Counted from the stretch's first letter, positions 33,592 through 45,571 are shown. The stretch is DNA of 64,000 nt from Candidatus Marinacidobacterales bacterium (GCA_965219415.1 OZ244742.1:128001-192000); one strand, 5' to 3'. Notes: generated by a model from the letters alone, not told the origin. Program-made: numbers and translations.

Positions 33592-36549
33592 TCATTGCGT
33601 GATTTGCGCTCGTGCTTCTTCGAGCTCGGGGAGGCCCTCGTCGGCATCCTTCCAAAGTTCGAGAAACCGTCCGTACTCTCTTCCTGCGCCTTTCGTGTCA
33701 CCCGCCGCATCGAGAACCCGCGCAAGCTCCAATACGTACCGCGGCTCCAGCCACATCGTCCACCGGACTTCGAGGCCCGGTTCCAGGAGGCGCCGATAGA
33801 TCCCGATGGCTTCTGCCGACTTGCCCTGGGCCCTTCTGACCCGCGCCAACCCATCGGTGGAAAGGCAACACGTTCCGGAGCCCGCTGCGGATGGGTGCCG
33901 CCAGGCCGAATATCATTTTGAGCTCTGGCTCGCCCGCCAGGAAGGCCTTCTCCGCACCTGCGAGGTCGCCGCTCGCTAAGGCGATCTCGCCTTCGATGGA
34001 CCGATGCCACCAGACATGGGCGGGATCGCTCCCGTCGTAGGCCTGGCTCTGAACGTCGAGTTGCGCGCGCGCCGCCTGTAGATCACCCGACCGAGCGTAT
34101 GCCGTGCCTGCGAACAGGACCGATACCATGCGAAGGTTGCCCTTCCATCTTGAATCGGTCACCCGGGGCAGCAGCGTCTCCACGCGTCCGGTCGACCGCA
34201 GCACGGTCTGATATTCCTTGCGTTCCAAAGCAATGAGGGCGGACAAGACTTCAATCGCCGCGTCGCCGTGCAAATTCTCTAGCTGCTCCGCCGACCTCCT
34301 TCCTTCCATCAGTTCTTCGATCCGACCGAGTCTGGAGAGTGCCAACGCACTCAGGAAGTGAAGGACCACCGGGGGACCGCCGCTATGCTCGGCCATCTCA
34401 CCGAAAAAGTCGTCGTAGTCCCCCATCATGGCGTACGCCCAACTCCGTCCCAGATGCGACACATAGAAGGACGGATCTAATTTCAGGGCCTGGGCGTAAG
34501 TCCTAAGAGCCCGCTCGGGCTGGCCATTCACCAGTAACGTCTCGCCAAGGCTATCGTGTGCGTTGGGCTCGTTAGGCTCCTCACGGGCGTAAGCTTCAAA
34601 CGCAGCGACCGCCTCCGGGTACCGCCCCAGATAAAGAAGCGCATAGCCGAGCTTGTTGTAGAGGGGGCCGGAGTCCGGTGATACCTCCAATCCCCGCCGC
34701 GCCGCCGTGACGGCCTCCTCCAAGCGGTTGGTTGCGATGTAAGCCCCGCTCAGACGGTCGTACCCGTGCGCATCGTCCGGGTAGCGACTGACGAGCTTCT
34801 CGTAGAGCTCGACGCCTTGACCCGGTTTCTGTCGCGCACGAAAGCGTAGTGGGCTTCGATCGCGAGCCGCTGGCGCTCGGGTAGTCGCTCACGGTTCTCG
34901 TACGCCTTTTCGAGACGAGAGCTCCCAACACCAAACTCCCCACGAGTGTCGGCAAGAACCGAAAGCTCTAGGTGTGCCATAGCGAAAGATGGATCGATCT
35001 TCACCGCTCGCTCCAGAAGTTCTCGCGCATCTCCCAGGCCGAAATTCGACGATGCCTCGAGCCCATCGCTGTAGAGTCGGAAGGCGTCGAACGAAGCGGT
35101 CGTAATCTCGGCGAGCGGACGTCCCGCCGTGTGATCGCCGAGGCTCAAGCTGGTTCGGATACGCCGAGTGATTTCGTCCACCATCGGAAAGATGTCTTCT
35201 TCCCTGACGCTTTCGGCGGCCAGCACCCGTCCGCTGCCCACATCGTGCACCTGCACATCGAGACGGATCTCGCGCCCGGACTTGAAAATACCCCCGGTCA
35301 CCACCGCTCCGGCTCCTGCTTGACGCGCCACCTCTGCAACCGAGGACTGGTCGAACGTTTCGGGACCTTCCTCGCCGATCTCTTTAAGGATCTGCTGGAT
35401 GCGTTGACCGCTCACCACGTCGAGACCGGGCGTTTGCGCGAGATCGGTAATGAGCATGGTCGAAAGTCCCTTAGAAAGCCATTCGATTTCTTCATCGGTG
35501 CCTGTACTTTCGAAGTGCATAACCGCGACCGCGGGTCGGCCTGATGCGCCGATCCCCGGAGACTCCGACCGCCTGTCGTGCAAGAAGCCCAGCGCAACGA
35601 CTGCCGCCACCGCTATGCCTGCACCAGCCCATAGCCAAGGCCTTAGAGCTCGTCGGGCAACTGCCGGTCGTCCGCCGCCGATTATCAACTCCCTGAGCTC
35701 CTTTAGATCGATAGCCAAATCCTTCATGTTTTGGTAACGATCCCCGAAATCCTTGGCTAGACACTTGCGCGTTATCCTCTGGAGCTCGACCGGAGTCTCT
35801 CCGCCACGAAGCTCCACCGGTGGCAGCTCGTCATTGATGACGGCATTGAGTGTCTCCACCACAGTTCCTCGCCGAAAGGGCGACTTGCCGGTGATCATTT
35901 GGTGAAGCACCACCCCGAAGGAGAAGATGTCGCTCCGGGCATCGACGGTCTGTCCGCGCGCCTGTTCCGGAGACATGTAAGCCACGGTGCCCATCACGAC
36001 ACCCTCGCGGGTCCTGATCCGCGTCTTCGTAATGTCGTCCGGTCCTAACACGCCCCCAGGGGTCGCTCGCTCGACGAGCTTGGCGAGTCCGAAGTCGATG
36101 ATCTTTGCGTAGCCTTGCTCCGACACGAGAACGTTGTCGGGTTTGAGATCGCGGTGAACGATCCCGCGCTCATGCGCCGCGGAGAGGCCTTCCGCCACCT
36201 GAACCGCCAGGTCGAGCGTTTCGCGGAGGTCGAAGTCTCTTCCGCGGATAGTGGTACGCAGACTCTCCCCACGCACGTACTCCATGGCGATGAACGTCCG
36301 GCCATCTGCTTCTCCGATCTCATGAATGACGGCGATGTGGGGATGCCCGATCCCGGCCGTCGCTCTCGCCTCTTGGACGAACCGTCGCCTACGGGTCTCT
36401 TCCCGAGCGAGGTCGGCTAGGTCCTCGGCAAGAAACTTGAGCGCGACTTCGCGTTTGAGCTTGGTATCTTGGGCGAGATAAACCTCTCCCATCCCGCCTT
36501 CACCGATCATTCTTAGAATCTTGTAATGGGAAACCGTCGTTCCGATCAT
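33592..36549 (-). CDS. Ser/Thr protein kinase with TolB_N-like and TPR domains, frameshifted
   Basis: GEGGMG, VALK, HRDLKPDN, DFGLAK, YMSPEQ, TM segment and TPRs across ORFs 34750..36549, 33698..34723 and 33592..33849. Confidence 0.9.
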
Positions 36550-36742
36550 ATCTTCGTACGGGCACCCGTGCGGGACGCCAGAACAGGAACGTGCTACTCA
36601 CCCGACGTGGCCAGGCGTCCGTTGCTGCTATCGGGTAAGTCAGACGCCGATCGTACCCTTGGCCTTTCCAGGAGACAACCGGGGAGCCGTCCTTGCGTCG
36701 TCTCTTGAGTTCCACGCTCACGTATTGCAGAATCTGTTATAC

Positions 36743-38656
36743 ATGACGCGCTCGCAGGACGGTGCCTTTCGAACCGCCTACCTCCGTTCTCTCGAGGACC
36801 CGGAAGCTTTTTGGGGCGAAGCCGCCGAGGCGGTCCACTGGCACAAGAAGTGGGACAAGGTCCTCGACGACAGTAACAAGCCTTTCTATCGCTGGTTCCG
36901 TGGTGGTCAGCTGAACACCTGCTACAACGCTCTCGATCTGCACGTCGAGAACGGCCGTGCGGATCAAGCGGCTCTCATCTACGACAGCCCGGTCACCGAC
37001 ACAATTCGAACCTTCACCTACCGCGAGCTGCGCGATGACGTGGCGCGCTTTGCTGGCTGCCTCGCAACCCAGGGAGTCCGCAAAGGCGACCGCGTCATCA
37101 TCTACATGCCGATGGTTCCGCAAACCGTCGTGGCCATGCTCGCATGCGCCCGGCTGGGGGCGGTGCACTCCGTGGTGTTCGGCGGATTCGCATCCAACGA
37201 ATTGGCAATTCGTATCGACGACGCGACGCCCACAGTGATCGTTTCGGCGTCCTGTGGGATTGAGGCCACGCGTGTCGTCCGGTACAAGCCCCTTCTCGAT
37301 GACGCCATAGCGCTTGCTAGGCACAAACCCGACAAGTGCATCATTCTCCAACGTCCAATGGAAAAGGCAGAGCTCGTCCCCGGTCGGGATCTCGACTGGA
37401 ATGAAGCCACGGACTCCGCCGAGCCCCATGATTGTGTGCCCGTGGCATCGACCGATCCTCTCTACATCTTGTACACGTCAGGAACTACCGGCGAGCCGAA
37501 GGGGGTCGTTCGTGACAACGGTGGTCACCTCGTCGCCCTGAAATGGTCCATGAAGCATATCTACGACGTGAATCCCGGGGACGTCTACTGGGCGGCATCC
37601 GATCTGGGTTGGGTCGTCGGCCACTCCTACATCGTCTATGGCCCGTTATTCAACGGCAACACCACCGTGCTCTATGAGGGAAAACCGGTAGGAACGCCCG
37701 ACGCCGGTGCTTTTTGGCGAGTCATCTCCCAGCACGGTGTCGGAACACTCTTCACCGCGCCCACCGCATTCCGTGCCATCAAGAAGGAAGACCCCGACGG
37801 CGACCTCATCAAGAAATACGATCTCTCAGCGTTCAAATCGCTGTTTCTAGCCGGGGAGCGATGCGATCCCGACACGCTCCAATGGGCGGAACAAAACCTC
37901 CGCGTGCCGGTCATCGACCACTGGTGGCAAACCGAGACTGGCTGGGCGATTTGCTCGAACTGCCTCGGAATCGAGGCACTTCCCGTGAAGCACGGCTCAC
38001 CTACCAAGCCCGCGCCGGGTTGGGACGTGCGGGTCTTGGACGAAAACTGCCACGAGGTCGAATCGGGAACCATCGGCGCCTTGGTGATCAAATTGCCGCT
38101 ACCACCCGGCACCTTTCCAACTCTTTGGAACGCGGACGAACGATTCGTCGAGGCCTACCTCACCGAATTTCCGGGGTTCTACAAAACCGCCGATGCCGGG
38201 TTCATCGACGACGACGGCTACGTCTATGTGATGTCACGAACCGACGACATCATCAATGTCGCCGGCCACCGCCTCTCTACCGGAGGGATAGAAGAGGTTC
38301 TCTCCGCCCATCCGGATGTGGCCGAATGTGCGGTGATGGGTGTCGCCGACGATCTCAAGGGAGAGATATCGCTCGGATTACTCGTCCTCAAGTCGGGTGT
38401 CGAGCGCGACGATGCCGAAATCGTCAAAGAAGCCATCCAGATGATCCGAGACCGGATCGGGCCGGTCGCGGCCTTCAAGGTAGCGACCGTCGTCGAGCGG
38501 CTGCCCAAGACACGCTCCGGTAAAGTCTTGCGGGGCACCATGAAAAAGATCGCCGACGGCGAAGATTACAAGATGCCGGCCACCATCGACGACCCCGCCA
38601 TCCTGACTGAGATCGCGGCACGACTCCAAGAGATCGGGTACCCCCAGGGTCAATGA
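36743..38656 (+). CDS. prpE: Propionyl-CoA synthetase
   Basis: YTSGTTGEPKGVVRDNGGH, DHWWQTETGW, LPLPPG, GHRLSTG, LPKTRSGK. Confidence 0.85.
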   Translation: MTRSQDGAFRTAYLRSLEDPEAFWGEAAEAVHWHKKWDKVLDDSNKPFYRWFRGGQLNTCYNALDLHVENGRADQAALIYDSPVTDTIRTFTYRELRDDVARFAGCLATQGVRKGDRVIIYMPMVPQTVVAMLACARLGAVHSVVFGGFASNELAIRIDDATPTVIVSASCGIEATRVVRYKPLLDDAIALARHKPDKCIILQRPMEKAELVPGRDLDWNEATDSAEPHDCVPVASTDPLYILYTSGTTGEPKGVVRDNGGHLVALKWSMKHIYDVNPGDVYWAASDLGWVVGHSYIVYGPLFNGNTTVLYEGKPVGTPDAGAFWRVISQHGVGTLFTAPTAFRAIKKEDPDGDLIKKYDLSAFKSLFLAGERCDPDTLQWAEQNLRVPVIDHWWQTETGWAICSNCLGIEALPVKHGSPTKPAPGWDVRVLDENCHEVESGTIGALVIKLPLPPGTFPTLWNADERFVEAYLTEFPGFYKTADAGFIDDDGYVYVMSRTDDIINVAGHRLSTGGIEEVLSAHPDVAECAVMGVADDLKGEISLGLLVLKSGVERDDAEIVKEAIQMIRDRIGPVAAFKVATVVERLPKTRSGKVLRGTMKKIADGEDYKMPATIDDPAILTEIAARLQEIGYPQGQ

Positions 38657-39750
38657 GGCTTTATCGGGCAGACGTCGTCGGGAGTATGCTGCGCCCCGAC
38701 TATCTCTTGACCGCCAAGAAGGAACACCGCGCCGGGACGATCTCGCACCGGGAGCTCAAGCGGGTCGAAGACCGCGCCGTCGACGAGTGCATTGCGATGC
38801 AGAAACGCTGCGGCGTGGACGTCCTGACCGACGGAGAGATGCGGCGCAATCTCTTTTCGAGCCAACTGGTTCAGGCCACCGAAGGGTTCGAACGCGTTTC
38901 CGGCAAGTCGGTCGACTGGTTCTCCCTGGAGGGAGAGATCGTGTCCGGCCCGGTATCCATCGGCGTGGTCGGCAAGCTCAAAAGGAAGCGTCACCTTTCG
39001 TCCGAGGAGCTCGTCTACCTCCGCGCCAAGACCAAACATCCAGTCAAGATGACCATCCCCAGCCCTGCGATGTTCACCTTCAACTGGGTGCCCGGAGTAT
39101 CCGATGCCGCTTATCCGACCAACGCGGCCTATTTGGAAGAGGTGACGGATATTCTCAAGGGCGAAGTCATCGAGCTCGTCCGCCTAGGGGCCCGGTACAT
39201 CCAAATCGACGCTCCCGAGTTCGGCATGATCCTCGACCTCCACCAACAGGACTGGTTCCGAGCCAACGGGTTCGAGCCCGAACGCATGGTTCGTGACGGG
39301 ATCGATGTGATCAACACCATCATCGAAGGCCATCCCGACGACGTTACTTTCGCCCTCCACATTTGTCGCGGAAACAACGCCAGCCGATACATGGCGAAAG
39401 GCAGCTATGCCGCAGTGGCGAAGGAGATCTTTGGCCGTACCAAAGTAGATCGCCTGTTGCTCGAGTATGATGACGAGCGTTCCGGCGATTTCGAGCCGCT
39501 CAAAGAAGTACCCGAAGATAAGCTCGTTGTGTTGGGCCTCATCACTACCAAGTGGCCCCGGGATGAAACCAAGGAAGACCTCGAGACTCGGATCCAGCAG
39601 GCGGCACGATACATCCCCCTGGAACGCCTGGCATTGAGCACTCAATGCGGCTTCGCTTCGGTCGCACAGGGAAACGCCATCACTCCTGAGGTTCAAGAAA
39701 AGAAATTGAGGCTCGTCGCCAGAGTCGCCAGAGACGTCTGGCCCGATTGA
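38653..39750 (+). CDS. Cobalamin-independent methionine synthase II-like protein (catalytic domain only)
   Basis: ADVVGSMLRP, TDGEMRR, YIQIDAP; Zn ligands in HICRGN, LLEYD and QCGFAS. Confidence 0.88.
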   Translation: MRLYRADVVGSMLRPDYLLTAKKEHRAGTISHRELKRVEDRAVDECIAMQKRCGVDVLTDGEMRRNLFSSQLVQATEGFERVSGKSVDWFSLEGEIVSGPVSIGVVGKLKRKRHLSSEELVYLRAKTKHPVKMTIPSPAMFTFNWVPGVSDAAYPTNAAYLEEVTDILKGEVIELVRLGARYIQIDAPEFGMILDLHQQDWFRANGFEPERMVRDGIDVINTIIEGHPDDVTFALHICRGNNASRYMAKGSYAAVAKEIFGRTKVDRLLLEYDDERSGDFEPLKEVPEDKLVVLGLITTKWPRDETKEDLETRIQQAARYIPLERLALSTQCGFASVAQGNAITPEVQEKKLRLVARVARDVWPD

Positions 39751-39759
39751 GAGACTACC

Positions 39760-41175
39760 TTGGTTAGGCTCGCAGCCCGTTCCCTCGTTGCTCTCACTCT
39801 GGGGCTATACATCTGCAATTGTGGAACGGAGCCGTCTCAGCAAAAGAGACCGAACATCTTGGTCATCCTTGCCGACGACCTCGGTTACACCGACCTAGGA
39901 CATCTTTGGGAGCGAGATCCGTACTCCGAACTTGGACCGCTTGGCTCGAGAGGGGCTGCTGCTGACGAACTTTCTCGTCTCTCCAACCTGCTCCCCAACA
40001 CGGGCGATGTTGCTGACCGGCGTCGATAGTCATGTTGCAGGCTTGGGAACGATGTTTGGCATCGCCGATGACAATCAGGTCGGCCAGCCCGGATACGAGG
40101 GCGTCCTCAGTGACCGCGTCGTCACGTTCCCGACCCTGCTTCGGGAAAGCGGCTACCGCACTTACATGGTCGGCAAGTGGCACCTAGGGATGGAGGAGCA
40201 CGAGGGCCCACACCGGCGTGGCTTCGAACGTTCGTTCGCTTTGCTTCCGGGCGGTGCGTCGCACTTCAGTGACGCCGAAAGGAACACCGAGATGGACGCC
40301 CCGGCTCCCTATCGCGAAGACGGCCGGGAGGTCGGTTTGCCGGACGATTTCTACTCGAGCAATTTCTACACCGACAAGCTCATCGAGTACTTACGGGACG
40401 GCTTGGGCGAGGACGACCAGCCTTTCTTCGCCTACGCCGCCTACACCTCTCCCCATTGGCCACTTCAGGTTCCCGACGACTATCTCGACCGCTACCGGGG
40501 CGTCTACGACGAAGGCTACGACGTCCTTCGTGCACGACGTTTCGGGAACGCGCAGCAACAAGGTCTCCTTCCTCCCACCGCAGCGCTGCCGGCTCGGATT
40601 CCGTTCGAACGACCCTGGGGCAAACTGTCTGAAGAAGAACGCAAGACTTCGACGCGTACCATGGAGATTTACGCCGCCATGGTGCAGAACCTCGATCACA
40701 ATATCGGTCGCTTAATCGACTTTCTCCATCAGTCTGGCGAGCTCGAAAACACGTTCATCTTCTTTGCATCCGACAACGGCCCAGAGGGCAATCCGCTCGC
40801 CCAGTACGTGAACCCAGATGGATGGCTCGAGAGACGCTTCGACAACAGCTACGAGAACATTGGACGGGTCAACTCCTATGTCTATTACAGTCCTGGATGG
40901 GCGCCGGCGGTCGTGGCGCCGTTCCGGTTGTTCAAAGCATTCCCTAGCGAAGGGGCGTTCGCGTCCCGGCTATCGTGAGGTTTCGTGGCCTCAATCGTGA
41001 CGGTGAACGTAGTGACAGCGTCGCAACGGTCAAAGATGTCGCCTCAACGGTCCTGGATCTCGCGGGAGTCGACCATCCCGGAACGGCTTTCCAGGGAAGA
41101 AACGTAGCCCCTATCGAGGGGACATCGATGCTCCCCTTCCTGACCGGGCGCTCCGTCTCCATTCACGACGACGAT
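39760..41175 (+). pseudogene. Arylsulfatase, frameshifted and 3'-truncated
   Basis: RPNILVILADDLG, CSPTRAMLLTG, GKWHLG, SDNG; ends at SIHDDD where IS110 non-coding DNA begins. Confidence 0.85.
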
Positions 41176-42690
41176 CCGGCTCCCTATCATTGGCGAGGCT
41201 TTGAACGGAAGCACTCCCCAGGGTCAGAATCCTAACAATCGCCATCTCGGGCCGGAGCCTTCACTCACAAAAATACATGTGAGGTCAGTGATGCACAAGC
41301 GCGTGAAAAAGAGTGGTAGGAAGTCGAAGAATCTGTCGCCGCAATCGCTGCCGGTGACAAGGTCGAAGGTAGCAGGCATCGATATTGGCAGTCGTGAGCA
41401 TTGGGTATGTGGGCCGGCCTTGTCGGACGGTAAAGTGAACGTGCGGGTGTTTTCCCCAACGACACCGTCTTTGAATCAAATGGGGGATTGGCTCATCGAG
41501 CAAGGAGTCGAATCGGTTGCGATGGAAAGCACCTACGTCTATTGGATTCCGATTTATGAGTTGCTTGAATCGCGGGGTCTTGAAGTGGTGCTGGTAAATG
41601 CTCGACAGTTAAAAAACGTCCCCGGGCGTAAAACCGATATGCATGACTGTCAGTGGCTGCAGCTGTTACACAGCTGTGGTCTGTTGCGAGGCTCGTTTCG
41701 TCCTGGTGAGTCGATCTGCCGCCTACGCTCGCTTCACCGACAGCGTTGCAGCCTCATCGAGCAGTGTAGTCGAGCTATTCAATGGATACAGAAATCTCTG
41801 GACCAAATGAACGTTCAGGTCCATCGTGCAGTGACCGACATTACCGGCGTCACAGGCATGCTCATCGTGCGCGCCATCGTTGATGGTGAGCGTGACCCGT
41901 CAAAGCTGGCTGCATTTCGTGACCAACGCTGCAAGAAGAGCGAAGAGGAGATCGCCGAGCATCTTACCGGCACTTGGCGTGACGAGCATCTTTTCAACCT
42001 CGCATCGGCTCTGCGTCTCTACGATGCGCTACAAGCCGAAGTCGAACTGTTCGACCAGCGTATCCTTGAAGTGCTCATCGAACTCCAGCCGCCACAACGC
42101 AGACACCACAACGTGCCAGCTCATCCAAATCCGCAAAAACGATACGACATGCAGCATCGGGGCGAGAGCGAACTGCGCAACGAGCTGTGGCGTTTTGCTG
42201 GATGCGACCTCACCAGGATCGACGGAATCAGTCCAACCACCGCCGCCATTGTCCTCACCGAGATCGGATTCGACCTCTCTGATTTCCCCTTCGAAAAATT
42301 CTTCGTCTCATGGCTACATCTCGCCCCACGTCGCCCTATCTCCGGCGGTAAACAACTCTCCAAACGCCGCAACGGCACCGGCTCCAATCGCATCGCCGGT
42401 GCCTTACGTATGGCCGCTGTATCTCTCTCCCGCTCCAAGACCGCCCTAGGCGCTTACTATCGCCGCACTGCTCGCCGTAAAGATGGCAAAACCGCCGTCT
42501 TTGCTACAGCACGCAAGCTCGCCCAGCTCGTCTTCCGCATGCTCAAATATGGCCACGATTACATCGATATCGGCGAACGCGCCTTCGAAGACCGTTTTCG
42601 CCAAAACCACATCAACGGTTTACAAAAGGCAGCCGAAGCTCTCGGATACACCCTCACTCCCCAGGCTTCCGGAGGGTAGTTTCGGGTCAG
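41176..42690 (+). mobile_element. IS110-family element 1, left end apparently deleted
   Basis: Transposase 41291..42679 with GIDIG, AMESTYVYW, GRKTDMHD (DEDD) and ISGG; right end GGGTCAG is repeated at 41221..41227 in the upstream non-coding DNA. Confidence 0.88.
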
Positions 42691-43632
42691 GTGAGCTTGC
42701 TCCGGTTTGGTGGACAAGTTGACTATGCAAACCGGTTTGCTTCCAAGAGTCTAAGTTCGAACTCGATGGGACTGACGTTCCGGAGCGTTGAGTGCCGTCG
42801 CCTCGGGTTGTAAGAAATTGGTGATGTAGTCGACGGTAGCCCATCGCGCCTGCGCTCGAGTCGGCAGAACGAGTCGGTAGAGAGATTCGGTTTTCAGCGT
42901 GCCGAAGAAACTCTCGACGACGGCATTGTCCCAGCAGTCGCCCTTTCGACTCATGCTGCACTCGATTCCGTGGCGTCGCAAGAACGCGCGGTAGTCTCTG
43001 CTCGCGTACTGCACGCCACGGTCCGAATGATGAACCATCCCACGCGGTGGTCGTCGGTGACGCACCGCCATCTGAAGCGCCGAGACAGCGAGCTCTGCGG
43101 CGAAGATGATTCGCCACCGCCCAACCGATCACGCGCCTCGAAAATAGGTCCATGACCACGGCCAAATACAACCAGCCTTCCCACGTTCGGATGTAGGTGA
43201 TGTCCGCAGCCCAGACTTCGTTGGGGGTCTTCGGCAAGAACTGGCGCTGCACGAGGTCTCGAGCTACGGGGCGCGAGTGCGACGAATCCGTCGTCTTCCG
43301 AGAACGTCTCGGCAGGCGCGCGCACAGGCCTTTCTCTCTCATGATGCGAGCAACGCGCCGACGCCCAACAGACTCACCATCCGCACGGAGCTCGTCCACA
43401 ACACGAGGACTTCCGTAAACTCCGCGGTTGGCTCGGAAGGACGCAACGATTTTTACGGACAGGCGCAGGTCATCTCGTTCACGGCGGCTGGGCTTCCGCC
43501 TCAGCCACGCATAGTAGCCGCTCCGAGAAACCTGGAGCAGCCGGCACATCCACGAAACGTGGAACTCCTCGCTTTGGATCCGAATCGCTGCGAACTTCAT
43601 TTCTTCATGCTCGCGAAGTACGCCGCCGTTTT

Positions 43633-45238
43633 CCTAAGAAACTCCGGTGTGCGGACTCGATGCAGCCGCCTCTACCAACGTGTAGCCTAATTGACGAGCG
43701 CGACGCTGGAGGTTGTGGAGGACCCTCTCCTGATAATGTCTCTCGTAGTAGTCGGTGCCAGGATCGACATAGGCGAGTCCGAAGCGAACGGCGTTGTAGA
43801 ACAGCACTGCTAACTTTCTCGCTGTCGCGGTCACTGCCTTCGCCTTGCCGACTCGTGCGCCCACTCGACGGTAGAATGCACCAAGGGCGGTCTGCGTTCG
43901 CCCAACGTTCACCGCAGCGATACGAAAGAGCGCGGCGGCGCGATTCGAGGACCGACGCGACTTCGAACTCAGCACGCGGCCGCCCGAGATCTTGTTGCCG
44001 GGTGCTAGGGTCAGCCACGACGTGAAGTGTTTGGCGGTCGGCCATTTCCGCATGTCGTCACCGCATTCGGCGACGAGTCGCAGAACCGTGTACGGACCCA
44101 ATCCATGGATCTGGCTCAAATCGGCACCCAAGAGGGTATACAGAGCTCCCCGTACATCGAACTTCGGTTCGTTCTTCCCGCTCGCATGTCGGACACGTGG
44201 AATCGGCTCGTCGGGCGCAGTTCGATCGTGGTTCAGCTCGCCTATAGCGGCTTCGACCTCCACGTCGCATTCGGTGACCCTCGCTTGAACGAAGTCATAG
44301 AGTTGGAGCTCATGGCGTAGCGCGAAGAGGTGTTCGAGCCGGTAGTTACCTGTCAGAGCCTCGCGGATCGTTTCGACAGATTGCTTGCATCGGACGTCAC
44401 GGTACTGGGCAAGCACGTCGGGCTCGTGAACACCGCCGACTATAGCGCGAATGATCTTCATGCCCGTGACACCTGTAATATCAGTCACTACGTGCTGAAG
44501 CTGGACGTTCATCTGCATAAGGGCTTTCTGCATCCGCTGGATGTGCGTCGCTGCCTGGTTGATGAGGCGTTCACGGTGGCGAAGAAGTGCCCGGAGCCGA
44601 ACCAACTGACCACGAGGCCGGAAGCTGCCGCGAAGAAGACCATGCTCGTGCAGCTGCTGTAGCCACTGAGCATCGTTGACGTCGGTCTTCCGCCCTGGGA
44701 CATTCTTGACGTCACGTGCGTTGACCAGGAGCACCTCGAACCCGCGCGCTTCCAAGATCTCGAAGGCTGGAATCCAGTACACTCCTGTCGATTCCATAGC
44801 GATGGTGGTGATCCCGACCTCTGCGAGCCAGTCGGCCAACTGGTGTAGGTCGCCCGTGAAGCTTCGAAACGTCCGCACGGACATCTCGACCCGCTCCGGT
44901 GGGACCGCAACCACATGGAATGTCGCTCCGATGTCGATTCCTGCGGCGTTAACGTGGATGGACGTAATGGATCGTCTGGACGACTTCCGGCGCTTCCTTC
45001 TTGTCATCATTCCTCCTTCCGGATTAAACCCGAAAGGAGGGATGGGCGGAAGTTCATCATTTTCCTAAACGGGATCGCCAAATGGCGCCACCACTGTCAA
45101 GTCCGCAGCCACCCCCGGACCATGTTTTTTTACGGGATCGAAATCACCAGTAAGCGGACGGCCTCTCCTCTCGAGTAGCCAAGAGGGTAGCCGTCAGGGA
45201 GTTTCTGGTTCAACAGGAGGCGCGCCCGCGCTCGAAGG
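43633..45238 (-). mobile_element. IS110-family element 2, intact
   Basis: Transposase 43634..45010 (GIDIG, AMESTGVYW, GRKTDVND, ISGG); no TIRs; removing it with a 2-bp AA core restores IS3 orfA LKKTAAYFASMKK*. Confidence 0.93.
45011..45238 (-). ncRNA. Putative bridge/seek RNA region of IS110 element 2
   Basis: 5' hairpin GACGGC..GCCGTC, then two CGATCCCGT-N7-(C/A)ATG modules with N7 = AAAAAAA and TTAGGAA; the latter equals the element's right end plus core. Confidence 0.65.
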
Positions 45239-45571
45239 TTTTTTAGAAAGTCACGCTCCATCCGAAGCTCCCGAACTTCCTTTCGGAAGCCACGCAGTTC
45301 TTCGAGTTCCTCGCTCGTCAGGGTTCCGGGACCGCCTTCACCACGGTCGATCCTGTCCTGCCTCACCCAGGCATAAAGCGACGTCTCCGTCACATCGATA
45401 TCCCGGGCTACCACGCTCACTGCCTTGCCGCTCTCCCGAACCAGCTGCACTGCCTCTGCTCGAAATTCCTTCGTGAACTGCCGACGTTTCTTTTTCTCTG
45501 CCATCTGAACACCCATATACCTCTCCGTTCGTTAGGTGTCCACTGAAACGAAGCAGGCCCAAGGTCTCGCC

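Larger units (their letters stand above)
42692..45561 (-). mobile_element. IS3-family element interrupted by IS110 element 2
   Basis: TG...CA ends, TIR TGAGCTTGCTCCGGTTTGGTGGACA / TGGGCCTGCTTCGTTTCAGTGGACA, 3-bp TSD AGG; orfA from 45516, orfB from 43600 ([21 protein letters not shown]). Confidence 0.92.

Noticed and set aside
45157-45196. GCCGT as the right-hand target guide of IS110 element 2
   Set aside because: It is sequestered in the GACGGC/GCCGTC 5' stem, so the match to the target flank may be coincidental.
45130-45516. 128-aa ORF as a novel gene
   Set aside because: It is IS3 orfA reading through into the inserted IS110 non-coding end.
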